Shown piece by piece: positions 1 to 9,126 of a DNA stretch of 64,000 nt. The notes below the pieces were generated by a model that worked only from the letters and a program-made list of their open reading frames with translations, did no database searches and had not been told where the DNA came from. The position numbers were made by a program, and so were the translations under genes. This DNA comes from an uncultured Chloroflexia bacterium (GTDB lineage: Bacteria; Chloroflexota; Limnocylindria; QHBO01). The first letter of the stretch is position 1. Each line of letters begins with the position of its first letter. The stretch spans positions 17,032 through 81,031 of the forward strand of contig CAWHAZ010000003.1 of assembly GCA_963827475.1 (NCBI GenBank). The letters are read 5' to 3'.

Positions 1-1522
1 GTCCGGGTCACTCGCCGCGCGAACGGCGATGCCGCGCATGACCGCGATGAAGCGGTCCAGCGTCTCCCGCGTCTCGGTCTCGGTCGGCTCGATCATCAGC
101 GCCTCGTCGACGATCAGCGGGAAGTAGATCGTCGGCGGGTGGATGCCCTCGTCGAGGATGGCCTTGGCGATATCGAGCGCGGTCACGCCGGACTCCCGTT
201 TCTGGCGGCGAGCGCTGAACACCACCTCGTGCTTGCACACGCGGTCGAAGGGAAGGTCATAGTCGTCGTCCAGGCTGACGCGGAGGTAGTTGGCGGCCAG
301 CACCGCGTCATCGGTCACCTGGCGCAGCCCGGCGCCCCCATTGGCCCGGATGTAGGCGTAGGCCCGGACGTGCATGCCGAAGTTTCCACCGAACGTGCGC
401 ATCTGACCGATGGCGGTCGGCCGGGAGCCGGGCGCCTCCAGCTCGAAGCGGGCTCCGGGCGTGGATCGTCCGTGCCAGGCATTGTCCAGGACGGTGGCCG
501 GGTCCCCCTCCACCAGGCGGGGAAGCGGCGCGGGCAGGAACGGCGCCAGCCGCTCCCCCACCCCGACCGGGCCGGCGCCCGGCCCGCCGCCGCCGTGTGG
601 CGTGCTGAAGGTCTTGTGCAGGTTGAAGTGCATGACGTCGAAGCCGGCCTCGCCGGCGCGGAACCGGCCGAGGATCGCGTTCAGGTTCGCGCCGTCCATG
701 TAGGCGATGGCCCCGGCTTCGTGAACGGCCGCCAGGACGTCGTCGATCTGGTCCTCGAAGATCCCGAGCGTGCTCGGATTGGTGAGCATCAGCGCGGCGG
801 TGTCCGGGCCCAGCGCGGCACGGAGGCGCGTCGAGGTCGATCCCGCCGTGAGTGTTGGACCGGACGGTGCGGGTCGTGTAGCCGACCATGGTGGCCGTGG
901 CCGGGTTGGTGCCATGGGCGCTGTCGGGAACGATGACCACGCGCCGCTGCTCGCCCTCCCCGCGGGAGCGGTGATAGGCCCGGGTCATCAGCATCCCGGT
1001 CAGCTCGCCATGCGCCCCGGCCGCGGGCTGGAGACTGACCGCCGCGAACCCGCCGATTTCGCGCAGCAGCTCGGCGAGGAGCCATTGGAGCTCGAGGCTG
1101 CCCTGGCTGAGCGCGGCGGGATCGTGCGGATGGGAGCCGGCGAGGCCCGGCAGGCGGGCCGCCCATTCGTTCAGCTTGGGGTTGTACTTCATCGTGCACG
1201 AGCCGAGCGGGTAGAAGTCGATGTCGATCGCGTGGTTCAGCCGGCTCAGGCGGTTGAAGTGGCGGACGAGCTCGAGCTCGCTGACCTCCGGCAGGCGGGG
1301 CGCCTGGCTTCGGCGGGCCGCCTCGGGAATGGCCGGCTGGCTCGCCGCGGCCGCCTGGGCGGTGGCGGATGGGGCCGGGAAGCGGACCGCCCGTCGCCCG
1401 GGGCGCGAACGCTCGAAGATGGTGGGCTCGACCACCTGCAGCGCCTCCCCCGCGGCCGGCGAGTGGAACGCGGCGCCGCGTCCGGAGGCGTCGGGCGCGG
1501 TGACCGACTCGACGGCGCTCAC
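1..1522 (-). pseudogene. gcvPB: glycine dehydrogenase (aminomethyl-transferring) subunit 2, GcvPB. The 3' end runs off the window, and the frame is broken by one extra base near 826.
   Basis: ORF 308..1522 begins as a clean GcvPB ([32 protein letters not shown]) and turns to Arg/Pro junk after THGGIDLDA. My manual translation of the adjacent frame from 825 down to 1 continues [24 protein letters not shown]...[21 protein letters not shown]...[16 protein letters not shown]. The GTG start at 1520-1522 overlaps the gcvPA stop (GTGA). Confidence 0.85.
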
Positions 1523-2861
1523 GGCGTCGACTCCAGGGCGCCGACCAGGCGGGAAACGTCGTCGTCGGTGGTCAGCTCGGTGGCGGCGAGGAGCAGCGTG
1601 TCGGGCAGGCGGGGTACGCGGTCTCGAGGACGGCGCCGGCGACGATCCCCTGCTCCACGAGGGCGGCGTGCCGTCGGGCCGCGTCGGGCAGGTGGACGGC
1701 GACCTCGTTCAGGTAGGGCGCGGTGAAGCGACGCGTCGCCAGGCCGGCGCCCTCCAACGTGGCGACGAGGTGCCGGGCCTGCGTGGCGGAGCGCTCGGCC
1801 ACCTCGCGCAGGCCGTCGGGCCCGACGGCGGCGAGGTAGGCGGTGGCGGCCAGGGCACACAGCGCCTGGTTGGTGCAGATGTTGCTGGCCGCCTTCTCGC
1901 GTCGGATGTGCTGCTCGCGGGCCTGGAGGGTGAGGACGTACCCGCGCCGGCCCTCGGCGTCGCGCGTCGCGCCGGCCAGCCGGCCCGGCATCTGGCGCAC
2001 GGCATCCATCCGGGCGGCCATCAGCCCGAGATACGGCCCGCCGAACGACAGCGGGATGCCGAGCTGCTGCCCCTCGGCGGTGACGATGTCGGCTCCGTAC
2101 CGGCCCGGCGCCTCGAGCAGGGCGAGGCTCACCGGGTCGACGAAGGTCACGAACAAGCCGCCCTCCGCGTGCGCGGCGTCGGCCAGCTCGGCCATCGGCT
2201 CGATCGCCCCGAAGAAATTCGGCTGCTGGACGACGAGGCACGCCACGTCACCGTCGGCGGCCTGCCGCGCGGCGTCGATATCGGTCAGTCCGGTGCCGTC
2301 CTCGGCGAGGTCGGCCGGGACCTCGACGACCTCCACCCCGGGGCCGGAGCAGTAGGTGGCGAGCACCCGCCGCACCTGGGGGTCGACAGCCTGCGACACC
2401 GCCACTCGATGGCGGCCCGTGAGCCGGCAGGCCATGAGCGCGGCTTCGGCCGTGGCCGTGGCCCCGTCGTAGTGGCTGGCGCTGGCGACCTCCATGGCGG
2501 TCAGCTCGCAGATGAGGGTCTGGAACTCGTAGATCGCCTGGAGCGTGCCCTGGCTGACCTCCGGCTGGTACGGGGTGTAGGCGGTCGCGAACTCGGCGCG
2601 TCCGACGACCTCGTCGACCACGGCCGGGATGAGGCGCCGGTAGGCGCCGGCGCCGAGGAAGGACACATCCGCCAACCGATTCCGGCCGGCCAGTCGGCTC
2701 AGCTCGGCCCGCACCTCCTGCTCGGTCAGTGGGGGCGGGACGTCGAAGCGGGTGGCTCGGACCGCGGCGGGGATGTCCTCGAACAGGTCGTCGACCGACG
2801 AGACCCCGACGGCGGCCAGCATGGCCTCGCGATCGGCATCGGTATGCGGGGAATAGGTCAT
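1519..2861 (-). pseudogene. gcvPA: glycine dehydrogenase subunit 1, GcvPA. The C-terminal ~30 aa are displaced by a 1-nt frame change in a G/C run.
   Basis: ORF 1572..2861 carries GcvPA motifs (TAYTPYQPEVSQGTLQ, REQHIRREKAASNICTNQAL). It ends in junk (...AYPACPTRCSSPPPS). The neighbouring frame (tail of ORF 1519..2241) reads PRLPDTLLLAATELTTDDDVSRLVGALESTP and stops at 1519-1521, overlapping the gcvPB start. The shift maps to the G-run at 1611-1614. Confidence 0.85.
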
Positions 2862-3238
2862 TCGATCCCGATCAGAGCCTCGTAGCCCTTGGCGTCGAGC
2901 AGCGCGTCGAGCTCCTCGCCGGCAGCCAGGGTGATGCGACAGATCCAGCCGTCGCCGTGGGGATCCGCGTTCAGGAGCTCCGGCTGGGAGCGGAGCGCCT
3001 CATTCACGGCGACCACCGTCCCGCTGGCCGGGGCATACAGATCACTCACCGCCTTGACCGATTCGACCACCCCGAAGCTGGCGAACTGGCTCAATGTGCT
3101 GCCCAATGCGGGCAGCTCGACGTAGACGATGTCTCCCAGCTCGGTGACCGCGAACTCGGTCAGGCCGATCACGCCCTCGGCCGACTCGGGCCGAATCCAC
3201 TCGTGCTCGCGCGAGTAGCGGCGATCGTCGGGCAGCAT
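2858..3238 (-). CDS. gcvH: glycine cleavage system H protein
   Basis: This is the last 126 aa of ORF 2858..4099 (MLPDDRRYSREHEWIR...). It has the lipoyl-lysine motif VESVKAVSD. ATGA overlaps occur at both ends (2858-2861 with gcvPA, 3238 with gcvT). Confidence 0.93.
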   Translation of the reverse strand: MLPDDRRYSREHEWIRPESAEGVIGLTEFAVTELGDIVYVELPALGSTLSQFASFGVVESVKAVSDLYAPASGTVVAVNEALRSQPELLNADPHGDGWICRITLAAGEELDALLDAKGYEALIGIE

Positions 3239-4374
3239 CAGGTCGTCGGTTCCTCGGCTGGGCGGGGACGGCGGTAGAACGGCAACTTTACCCGCTCCGC
3301 CCGGGCCGATCGGTCCCGGATGACGACCGCCAGCGGCCGATCCCCCTCGGCCACGTCGGCGGCCACGAGGGCCATCCCGATGCGCTGGCCGAGGGTCGGC
3401 GACACGCTCCCACTGGTCACGACTCCCACCTCCTCGCCGGTGTCCCCGTCCGTGACCGGGTAGCCGTGGCGCGCAATCCCCTCGTCCTCCATGACGAGGC
3501 CGATCAGTCGACGGCGCGGGCCGTCCTGCTGGACGGCCGCCAGGGCCTCCCGTCCCACGAAGTACTCCTTGTCGAGCTTCACGACCCGGCCGAGGTTGGC
3601 CTCGTACGGGTTCACGTCGCGGCCGAGCTCGTTCCCGTACAGCGGCATGCCGGCCTCCAGTCGCAGGGTGTCGCGGCTGGCGAGCCCGCAGGGCAGGAGT
3701 CCGAACGGCTGCCCCGCGCCGTGGACGGCCTCCCACAGCCGCTCGGCGTCGGGCGCCGCACAGAAGAGCTCGAATCCGTCTTCCCCGGTGTAGCCGGTGC
3801 GCGCCACCAGGCACGGCACGCCGGCCACCTCGCCGGTGACGGACCAGTAGTTCCGCAGCGCACCGAGGTCGACATCGGTCAGGTTGCCAACCAGTGCGGC
3901 GGCGTCCGGGCCCTGCGGCGCGATGAGCGCGGTGCCGTCGGACTCGTCCGCGATCTCGACCTCGTCGTTCCCCTCGGCGGCCTGGGCGGCGAGATGGTCG
4001 ACCACCGCATCGCGATTGGCGGCGTTGACCACCAGCAGATACCGATCCGCGAGCCGGTAGACGATGAGGTCGTCGATCACGCCTCCGTCCGCGGCACACA
4101 CCATCGAGTACTGGGCCTGCCCCGGTTCCAGCCGGCTCGGGTCGCTGACCAGGACCCGGCCGGCGAACGCCAGGGCGCCCGGCCCGCGGAGCGCGACCTC
4201 GCCCATGTGGGACAGGTCGAACAGCCCGACCGCGGTCCGCACCGCCCGGTGCTCCTCGAGCTCGGAGGTGTAGCGCACCGGCATCTCGTACCCGGCGAAG
4301 GGGATGAGCCGGGCCCCGAGCGCCCGGTGGACCGCGTCGAGCGGGCTCCGCCGCGGGGCGGCGGCGAGGGTCAT
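3238..4374 (-). CDS. gcvT: aminomethyltransferase, glycine cleavage T protein
   Basis: ORF 3238..4500. The conserved sequence starts at MTLAAAPRRSPLDAVHRALGARLIPFAGYEMPVRY. The ATG at 4372-4374 overlaps the upstream stop (ATGA). ARTGYTGEDGFE is present. Confidence 0.93.
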   Translation of the reverse strand: MTLAAAPRRSPLDAVHRALGARLIPFAGYEMPVRYTSELEEHRAVRTAVGLFDLSHMGEVALRGPGALAFAGRVLVSDPSRLEPGQAQYSMVCAADGGVIDDLIVYRLADRYLLVVNAANRDAVVDHLAAQAAEGNDEVEIADESDGTALIAPQGPDAAALVGNLTDVDLGALRNYWSVTGEVAGVPCLVARTGYTGEDGFELFCAAPDAERLWEAVHGAGQPFGLLPCGLASRDTLRLEAGMPLYGNELGRDVNPYEANLGRVVKLDKEYFVGREALAAVQQDGPRRRLIGLVMEDEGIARHGYPVTDGDTGEEVGVVTSGSVSPTLGQRIGMALVAADVAEGDRPLAVVIRDRSARAERVKLPFYRRPRPAEEPTT

Positions 4375-4838
4375 CGGGACCGTTCGGCGGCTGCCGCGGC
4401 GGCGGCGGGCATGGCGGCGAGGAGCCGCTCCGCGTTCTCGACGACCTCCCGCTCGGTCGCGTAGTTCATGAGCCGCGTCGCTTCGCCGATCGGCACCCAC
4501 CGGACGTCGTCGAACTCGTGGTCATGATCCTCCATGGCCCCGCCAACCGGGCGCATGAGGAAGAAATGGACCGTCTTGAAGTACCGGGTCGAGCCGCGAG
4601 TGAAGACGTAGCTGATCGGACCGATGGGACCCTCGATCTCGACGGCGAGGCCGGTCTCCTCGGCCGTCTCGCGGAGCGCGGTCTGCTCGATGGTCTCCCC
4701 GTTGGCCGGCGTGCCCTTGGGCAGGGCCCACAACGCCGGTGAACGGCGATGGGCGAGGACGATCTCCAGGCCGCTGGTGGTGTGGCGGTAGACGACCCCG
4801 CCGGCAGAAGTGGCGCGTGCGTTGCGCTTGACGGCCAC
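4371..4838 (-). CDS. NUDIX hydrolase
   Basis: The NUDIX box GTPANGETIEQTALRETAEETGL lies in ORF 4371..5132. The upstream part of that ORF has lower third-position GC, so I start the gene at GTG 4836-4838 (VAVKRNARATSAGGVVY). The exact start is uncertain. Confidence 0.8.
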   Translation of the reverse strand: MAVKRNARATSAGGVVYRHTTSGLEIVLAHRRSPALWALPKGTPANGETIEQTALRETAEETGLAVEIEGPIGPISYVFTRGSTRYFKTVHFFLMRPVGGAMEDHDHEFDDVRWVPIGEATRLMNYATEREVVENAERLLAAMPAAAAAAAERSR

Positions 4839-4846
4839 GCGCTCGG

Positions 4847-5095
4847 CTAGCGGTCGGCGCGGGGAAGCCCGAGCGGCAGCGAGGACCGGCGAGCCCGGTG
4901 GGAGGCCAGACGGCCGAGGTCCGGGAACCGGTACCGGCTGGTCTGGCACCGCAACGCGTGGACCGTAGCGGTCGTCCGCCGGTCGCGCAGCGGATGATGG
5001 TAGATGGTGGTGGGCCGAGGCAGCCCGTAGCGGTCGCGCCGCGCCGCCGACCGGGAGGAGAACAGGAAGTCCGTGGCGGTCGGGCGAGGGCGCAT
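4847..5095 (-). CDS. hypothetical small, very basic protein (82 aa)
   Basis: ORF 4847..5095 has the highest third-position GC of the three frames here (about 9 of 10 codons by my count). Its ATG lies 2 nt after the glycosyltransferase stop, and its stop lies 9 nt before the NUDIX GTG. I recognise no family. Confidence 0.4.
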   Translation of the reverse strand: MRPRPTATDFLFSSRSAARRDRYGLPRPTTIYHHPLRDRRTTATVHALRCQTSRYRFPDLGRLASHRARRSSLPLGLPRADR

Positions 5096-5097
5096 CG

Positions 5098-6357
5098 TCA
5101 GGGCATTGTAGTCGGCGCTTCGTTCGCCGCAACCTTCGCGGCGCGGGCAGTCAACACCTCTGCATACAGCTCGGCAACCTCGGCCACGCGCCGGAGGGCA
5201 TCGAACCGGGTCGCTCCCTCGCGGGCCTGGGCCGCCATCCGGTTGCGCCGCCGCTGGTCGCCGATGATCTCGCCGGCGGCGCCCGCCAGTCGTTCCGCCC
5301 GGGTCGCGGCGGGCTCGGCCGGCACGACGAGGGCATCCACCCCCGGACGGAGCGTCTCGGTCACCCCGGGCCCGTCGACCGCGGCCACCGGAACACCGGC
5401 GGCCAGGGCCTCGGCCAGGACCAGGCCCTGTGTCTCCGTCTGCGAGGCGAAGATGAACAGGTCACAGGCCTTGACCAGGGCCAGGGCCTCGACCCGCGGG
5501 AGGCGGCCCGTGACGTGGACCCGCTCGGCCAGCCCGGCGGCGGCCGCCCGGCGCGCGACGTCTTCTTCCGCCGGGCCGCCGCCCACGAGCAGCAGCCGCA
5601 GCCGCGGCCGGCGACGCGCGGCCAGGACGAAAGCGTCGACCAGGACGTCGACCGACTTCTCCGGCGCCACGCGGCCGAGACTGACAAGGACCAGGTCGAC
5701 GCCCGGCTCCCAGCCGGCCAACCGACGCGGATGCCCCTCCTCGAGGGCCGCGATGGCGGCCACGTCGATCCCGGTCGGGATGACCCGCACGATCGGGGTA
5801 CGGCGGGCGCCGAGCGCGCCGCGAATCTCCCCGGCCAGGGACTCCGAGGGGGCCACGATCGCCGCACAGCCGGCCCACCAAGCGGCCAGCCATGCATCGG
5901 CCGCCCGCCCGGAGACGGTGGCCAGCGGCCCGAGGTAGTGGCCGTAGTCCGCGAACCGGGTGTGGTGGGTGAAGACCAGGGGCACGTCCCGGCGGCGGGC
6001 GACCGCCCGCGCCATCAGGCCGGAGGTGAAGGGCGAGTTGGCGTGGACGATGTCCGGGGCGAAGGCCGTCACCCGGCGGAGCGCGGCGGACACGACCGGC
6101 ACCGGCATCCGGTATCCCGGCGGCGCCGGCGGCACGTGGTACGAGGGCAGCCATGCCATCTCGGGGTCCGGGCCCGTCGCGCCGGCCGTCCCCGGTTCGG
6201 CGCCCCGTGCGGGGCGGGGCACCGCGAGCAGGACCTCGTGACCCAGCGCGCCCAGGCCGCGGGCCAGGGTCTCGGTCGAGACCGTGACCCCGGACAGGTA
6301 CGGCAGGTAGGACTCGCCGAAGATCGCGACGCGCAGGGGGACGAAGGGACCAGTCAC
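5098..6357 (-). CDS. glycosyltransferase, GT4 (GT-B fold) family
   Basis: ORF 5098..6438. It has a GT4-like N-terminus (VAIFGESYLPYLSGVTVSTETLARGL) and a C-terminal sugar-donor domain (FIFASQTETQGLVLAEALAAGVPVAAVD). I chose the start at GTG 6355-6357. Confidence 0.85.
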   Translation of the reverse strand: MTGPFVPLRVAIFGESYLPYLSGVTVSTETLARGLGALGHEVLLAVPRPARGAEPGTAGATGPDPEMAWLPSYHVPPAPPGYRMPVPVVSAALRRVTAFAPDIVHANSPFTSGLMARAVARRRDVPLVFTHHTRFADYGHYLGPLATVSGRAADAWLAAWWAGCAAIVAPSESLAGEIRGALGARRTPIVRVIPTGIDVAAIAALEEGHPRRLAGWEPGVDLVLVSLGRVAPEKSVDVLVDAFVLAARRRPRLRLLLVGGGPAEEDVARRAAAAGLAERVHVTGRLPRVEALALVKACDLFIFASQTETQGLVLAEALAAGVPVAAVDGPGVTETLRPGVDALVVPAEPAATRAERLAGAAGEIIGDQRRRNRMAAQAREGATRFDALRRVAEVAELYAEVLTARAAKVAANEAPTTMP

Positions 6358-6443
6358 CGGCGCGCATTGTGTGCCCTGCCGGCTCTGGCCTCCCGGACAC
6401 GCGACCGATACACTCCACGAACAGCACCGAGGTGACATTGCCC

Positions 6444-7385
6444 ATGCCCCGCCAGCCCACTCCCGCCCGGCTGACCGATGAGCAGCTGAAGGATCTCCTC
6501 CGCCTGACCAAGGGCTCCGACAGCGTCGAGCTCAAGCTGACCGTCCCGGGCGAGGGCCATCGGTCCGCGATCCGCTCACTGGGCATCGACGCCCTCGACG
6601 CCCAGATCCGCCAGGTCTTCTTCTTCGATACCCCGGACCTGACGCTCTACGGGTCAGGCCTCAACCTCCGCGCTCGTCGGATCCAGGGCAAGGGCGAGGA
6701 CTCGGTCGTGAAGCTCCGCCCGGTGGATCCGGACCAGCTCGAGGCGGAGTGGCGCGTGTCGCCGAACATGAAGGTCGAGGTCGACGCGATGCCCGGCGGC
6801 TACGTCTGCTCGGCGTCATTGAAGGGCCGCCCGGCGACCGGCGACACGCGGAAGGTCGCCCTGGGCGGGCTGCCGGTCCGGAAGCTCTTCTCCAAGGAGC
6901 AGCGGGCGTTCTACGATCTCCACGCCCCGGCAGGGATCGCGATCGACGACCTGTCGGTGCTCGGCCCGATCTTCGTCCTGAAGATCACCTTCACCCCGGA
7001 GGACTTCGATCGGCGAATGGTGGCCGAGATGTGGTTCTACCCGGACGGACGCCGGCTGCTGGAGCTCTCGACCAAGAGCACCCCCCAGGAGATGATGCAG
7101 GTCGTGACCGAGACCCGCCTGTTCCTCTCCGACCACGGCATCGACCTGACCTCGGCGCAGGAGACGAAGACGAAGAACGCGCTCCAGTTCTACGCCAAGG
7201 AGCTGCAGGCCGTGCCGGCAACGGCCGCGACCAATGGAACCGATGGGGCGGCAGCTGGCGACGAGTTGGTCACGGCCGCAGAAGCCGAGGGTCTGCCGCT
7301 CGAGGTGGCCGAGGCGACGACGGACGGTGCGCCGGAAGCATCAGTCGCCGGGCCGGACGCCGGGACCGAGGGCGATCCGGACTGA
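6444..7385 (+). CDS. CYTH (triphosphate tunnel metalloenzyme)-like protein with an acidic Ala-rich tail
   Basis: ORF 6369..7385 from ATG 6444. It has the N-terminal motif SVELKLTV resembling the CYTH ExExK strand, and a beta-rich core of ~230 aa. The family call comes from motif memory only. Confidence 0.55.
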   Translation: MPRQPTPARLTDEQLKDLLRLTKGSDSVELKLTVPGEGHRSAIRSLGIDALDAQIRQVFFFDTPDLTLYGSGLNLRARRIQGKGEDSVVKLRPVDPDQLEAEWRVSPNMKVEVDAMPGGYVCSASLKGRPATGDTRKVALGGLPVRKLFSKEQRAFYDLHAPAGIAIDDLSVLGPIFVLKITFTPEDFDRRMVAEMWFYPDGRRLLELSTKSTPQEMMQVVTETRLFLSDHGIDLTSAQETKTKNALQFYAKELQAVPATAATNGTDGAAAGDELVTAAEAEGLPLEVAEATTDGAPEASVAGPDAGTEGDPD

Positions 7386-7395
7386 GCGCGCGCGG

Positions 7396-7472
7396 TGGTG
7401 GGCGATACTGGACTCGAACCAGTGACCTCACGGATGTGAACCGTGCACTCTAACCAGCTGAGCTAATCGCCC
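7396..7472 (-). tRNA. tRNA-Val (anticodon CAC), CCA encoded
   Basis: The reverse complement folds by hand into a cloverleaf: GGGCGAT/ATCGCCC acceptor, TTCGAGT T-loop, anticodon loop TTCACAT. Confidence 0.93.
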
Positions 7473-7518
7473 TTCGCGGAGCAGCCAGTATAGCCACGGC
7501 TCCCGGCGGCTCTCGAGC

Positions 7519-8820
7519 TCAGCCAGGCCCGGCCGATTGATCCGGCTCCGCTTCCAGGGCCCGGTACTCCGGATCGCGGACACCGGGGAAGAACAGCAGC
7601 GAGATCATCGCCAGCGAACCGAGCACGCCGCCGACCACCAGCGTGGTCTCCGGACCGATGATTCCCGCGATCGGTCCGGTCAGGGCGAACGACAGCGGCA
7701 CCAGGCCGATGCTGACCAGCCAGTCCAGGCTCGAGACCCGCCCGAGGAGGTCGCGGGGGACGAGCTGCTGGAGCAGCGTGTACCAGATGACGGCCCCGAA
7801 CTCGAACAGCGCCGCGCTCAGGGCGGAGAGCACGAGCGCGTGCCACAGCTCGGTCATCAGCCCGAACCCGGCGATCATCAGCACACCGACCGTCCAGGAC
7901 GCGAACATCGCCGTGATCGTCCGTCGCGGCAGGCCGGTCTGCCCGACCACCACCGCCATGACGATCGCCCCCACGCCGCCGACGGCAAAGATCAGGCCCA
8001 GCGCGTCGGCTCCCAGCTCGAGACGGTTCCTGACCAGGAACGGGAGCAGCACCTCCTCGGGGCCGACGAAGACCAGGAGGCTCAGCATGGACGAGACGAG
8101 GGTGGCCCAGATCCACGGCTTCGACCGGACGTAGGCCAGGCCCTCCCCGATCTCGCTCAATGCCTGCCGGACGCCGTGCTCCACGGCGTGGGCTCGTGGC
8201 CGGTATCGGATGGCGGCAACGAAGACCGCCGAGACCAGGAAGCTGGCGGCGTCCACCAGGAACGCCGCGCCCGAGCCGACGAGCGCGACGGTGAACCCGC
8301 CGATGGCCGGGCCAACCAGGCGCCCGGTCAGCGGTCGCACGAGGCTGCCGAGCGCATTGGCCTGTGGCAGCAGCGTCTCGGCCACCAGGTCCGGCACGAT
8401 CGCGGTTGACGCGGGGTTGAAGAACGCGTCCCCGATCCCGACCACCGCGATGAGCAGCAGGATGTGCCAGATCTCGAGCACTCCGGCCATCGACAGGATA
8501 CCCATGACCCCGATCGCGGCGGCCCGGATGAGGTCCGCCCCGACCATCAGCCAGCGGCGGTCGTACCGGTCGCTGAAGACGCCGCCGACCAGGACGAACA
8601 GGACGAGGGGCAGGGTCCAGGCCAGTCCCACGACCGACATCGCGGTCGGGACGTTGCTGATGTCGTAGACCTGCCAGGCGAGGGCCACGAAGAAGAAGCC
8701 GTCGCCGAGCTGGGAGACGAACGATCCGGCGGTGAGGAAGGCGAAGTCGCGCTCCGCCAGCGGCTGCAGGACGCCGATTCGACCCAGCCCAGCCTGGAGA
8801 GCTCTGAGCGGACCCCTCAC
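7519..8820 (-). CDS. MFS transporter
   Basis: ORF 7519..8982. It shows 12-TM-like hydrophobic periodicity and the MFS loop motif GVFSDRYDRRW. I set the start at GTG 8818-8820, downstream of the yggT stop. Confidence 0.85.
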   Translation of the reverse strand: MRGPLRALQAGLGRIGVLQPLAERDFAFLTAGSFVSQLGDGFFFVALAWQVYDISNVPTAMSVVGLAWTLPLVLFVLVGGVFSDRYDRRWLMVGADLIRAAAIGVMGILSMAGVLEIWHILLLIAVVGIGDAFFNPASTAIVPDLVAETLLPQANALGSLVRPLTGRLVGPAIGGFTVALVGSGAAFLVDAASFLVSAVFVAAIRYRPRAHAVEHGVRQALSEIGEGLAYVRSKPWIWATLVSSMLSLLVFVGPEEVLLPFLVRNRLELGADALGLIFAVGGVGAIVMAVVVGQTGLPRRTITAMFASWTVGVLMIAGFGLMTELWHALVLSALSAALFEFGAVIWYTLLQQLVPRDLLGRVSSLDWLVSIGLVPLSFALTGPIAGIIGPETTLVVGGVLGSLAMISLLFFPGVRDPEYRALEAEPDQSAGPG

Positions 8821-8830
8821 CAGAGATGGT

Positions 8831-9082
8831 TCAGAGGGCGTACGTCGCGCGGGTGATCGCGCCCAGGATGAGCATGGCGATGAGCGGCGACCAGTCGATG
8901 CCGGACGTCGGCGGGATGACCCGACGAATGGGAGCCAGGATCGGCTCGGTGACCTGGTAGACAAACGCCACGAGGCCGCCACCGCCCCGCGGATTGGTCC
9001 AGCTGATGATCACCCGGACCAGGATGAGGATCCACAGGAGCGTGCTCAACATCTGGAGGAAGGTGACGAGCACTGCCGGCAC
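8831..9082 (-). CDS. yggT: YggT family membrane protein
   Basis: 83 aa with two TM segments (ILILVRVIISW...LIAMLILG). It sits directly after yggS at the distal end of the dcw cluster. Confidence 0.85.
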   Translation of the reverse strand: MPAVLVTFLQMLSTLLWILILVRVIISWTNPRGGGGLVAFVYQVTEPILAPIRRVIPPTSGIDWSPLIAMLILGAITRATYAL

Positions 9083-9126
9083 CGCGGCAGCATAGCAGCG
9101 CCCGAATGCGCCTCCGCGGAGGGCGC

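Noticed and set aside
3238-4500. Long N-terminal extensions offered by the ORF track. Examples are gcvT to 4500, ddl to 15421, murB to 16692, murD to 20843, sdhA to 30862, ftsW to 18477 and NUDIX to 5132.
   Set aside because: The extensions are Arg/Pro-rich junk that overlaps the upstream gene. In each case an internal ATG, GTG or TTG forms a 4-nt NTGA overlap with the upstream stop and coincides with the start of conserved sequence.
4839-5097. A glycine riboswitch upstream of the gcv operon.
   Set aside because: I read the minus-strand leader and did not find the tandem aptamer cores (GGAGAG ... ACCGAAGGGGCAA-like blocks). A covariance-model scan (Rfam RF00504) would be the decisive check.
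7396-7472. tRNA genes (Val, Met, Asn) as integration sites for genomic islands.
   Set aside because: There is no integrase, no direct repeat of the tRNA 3' end and no compositional break next to any of the three tRNAs.
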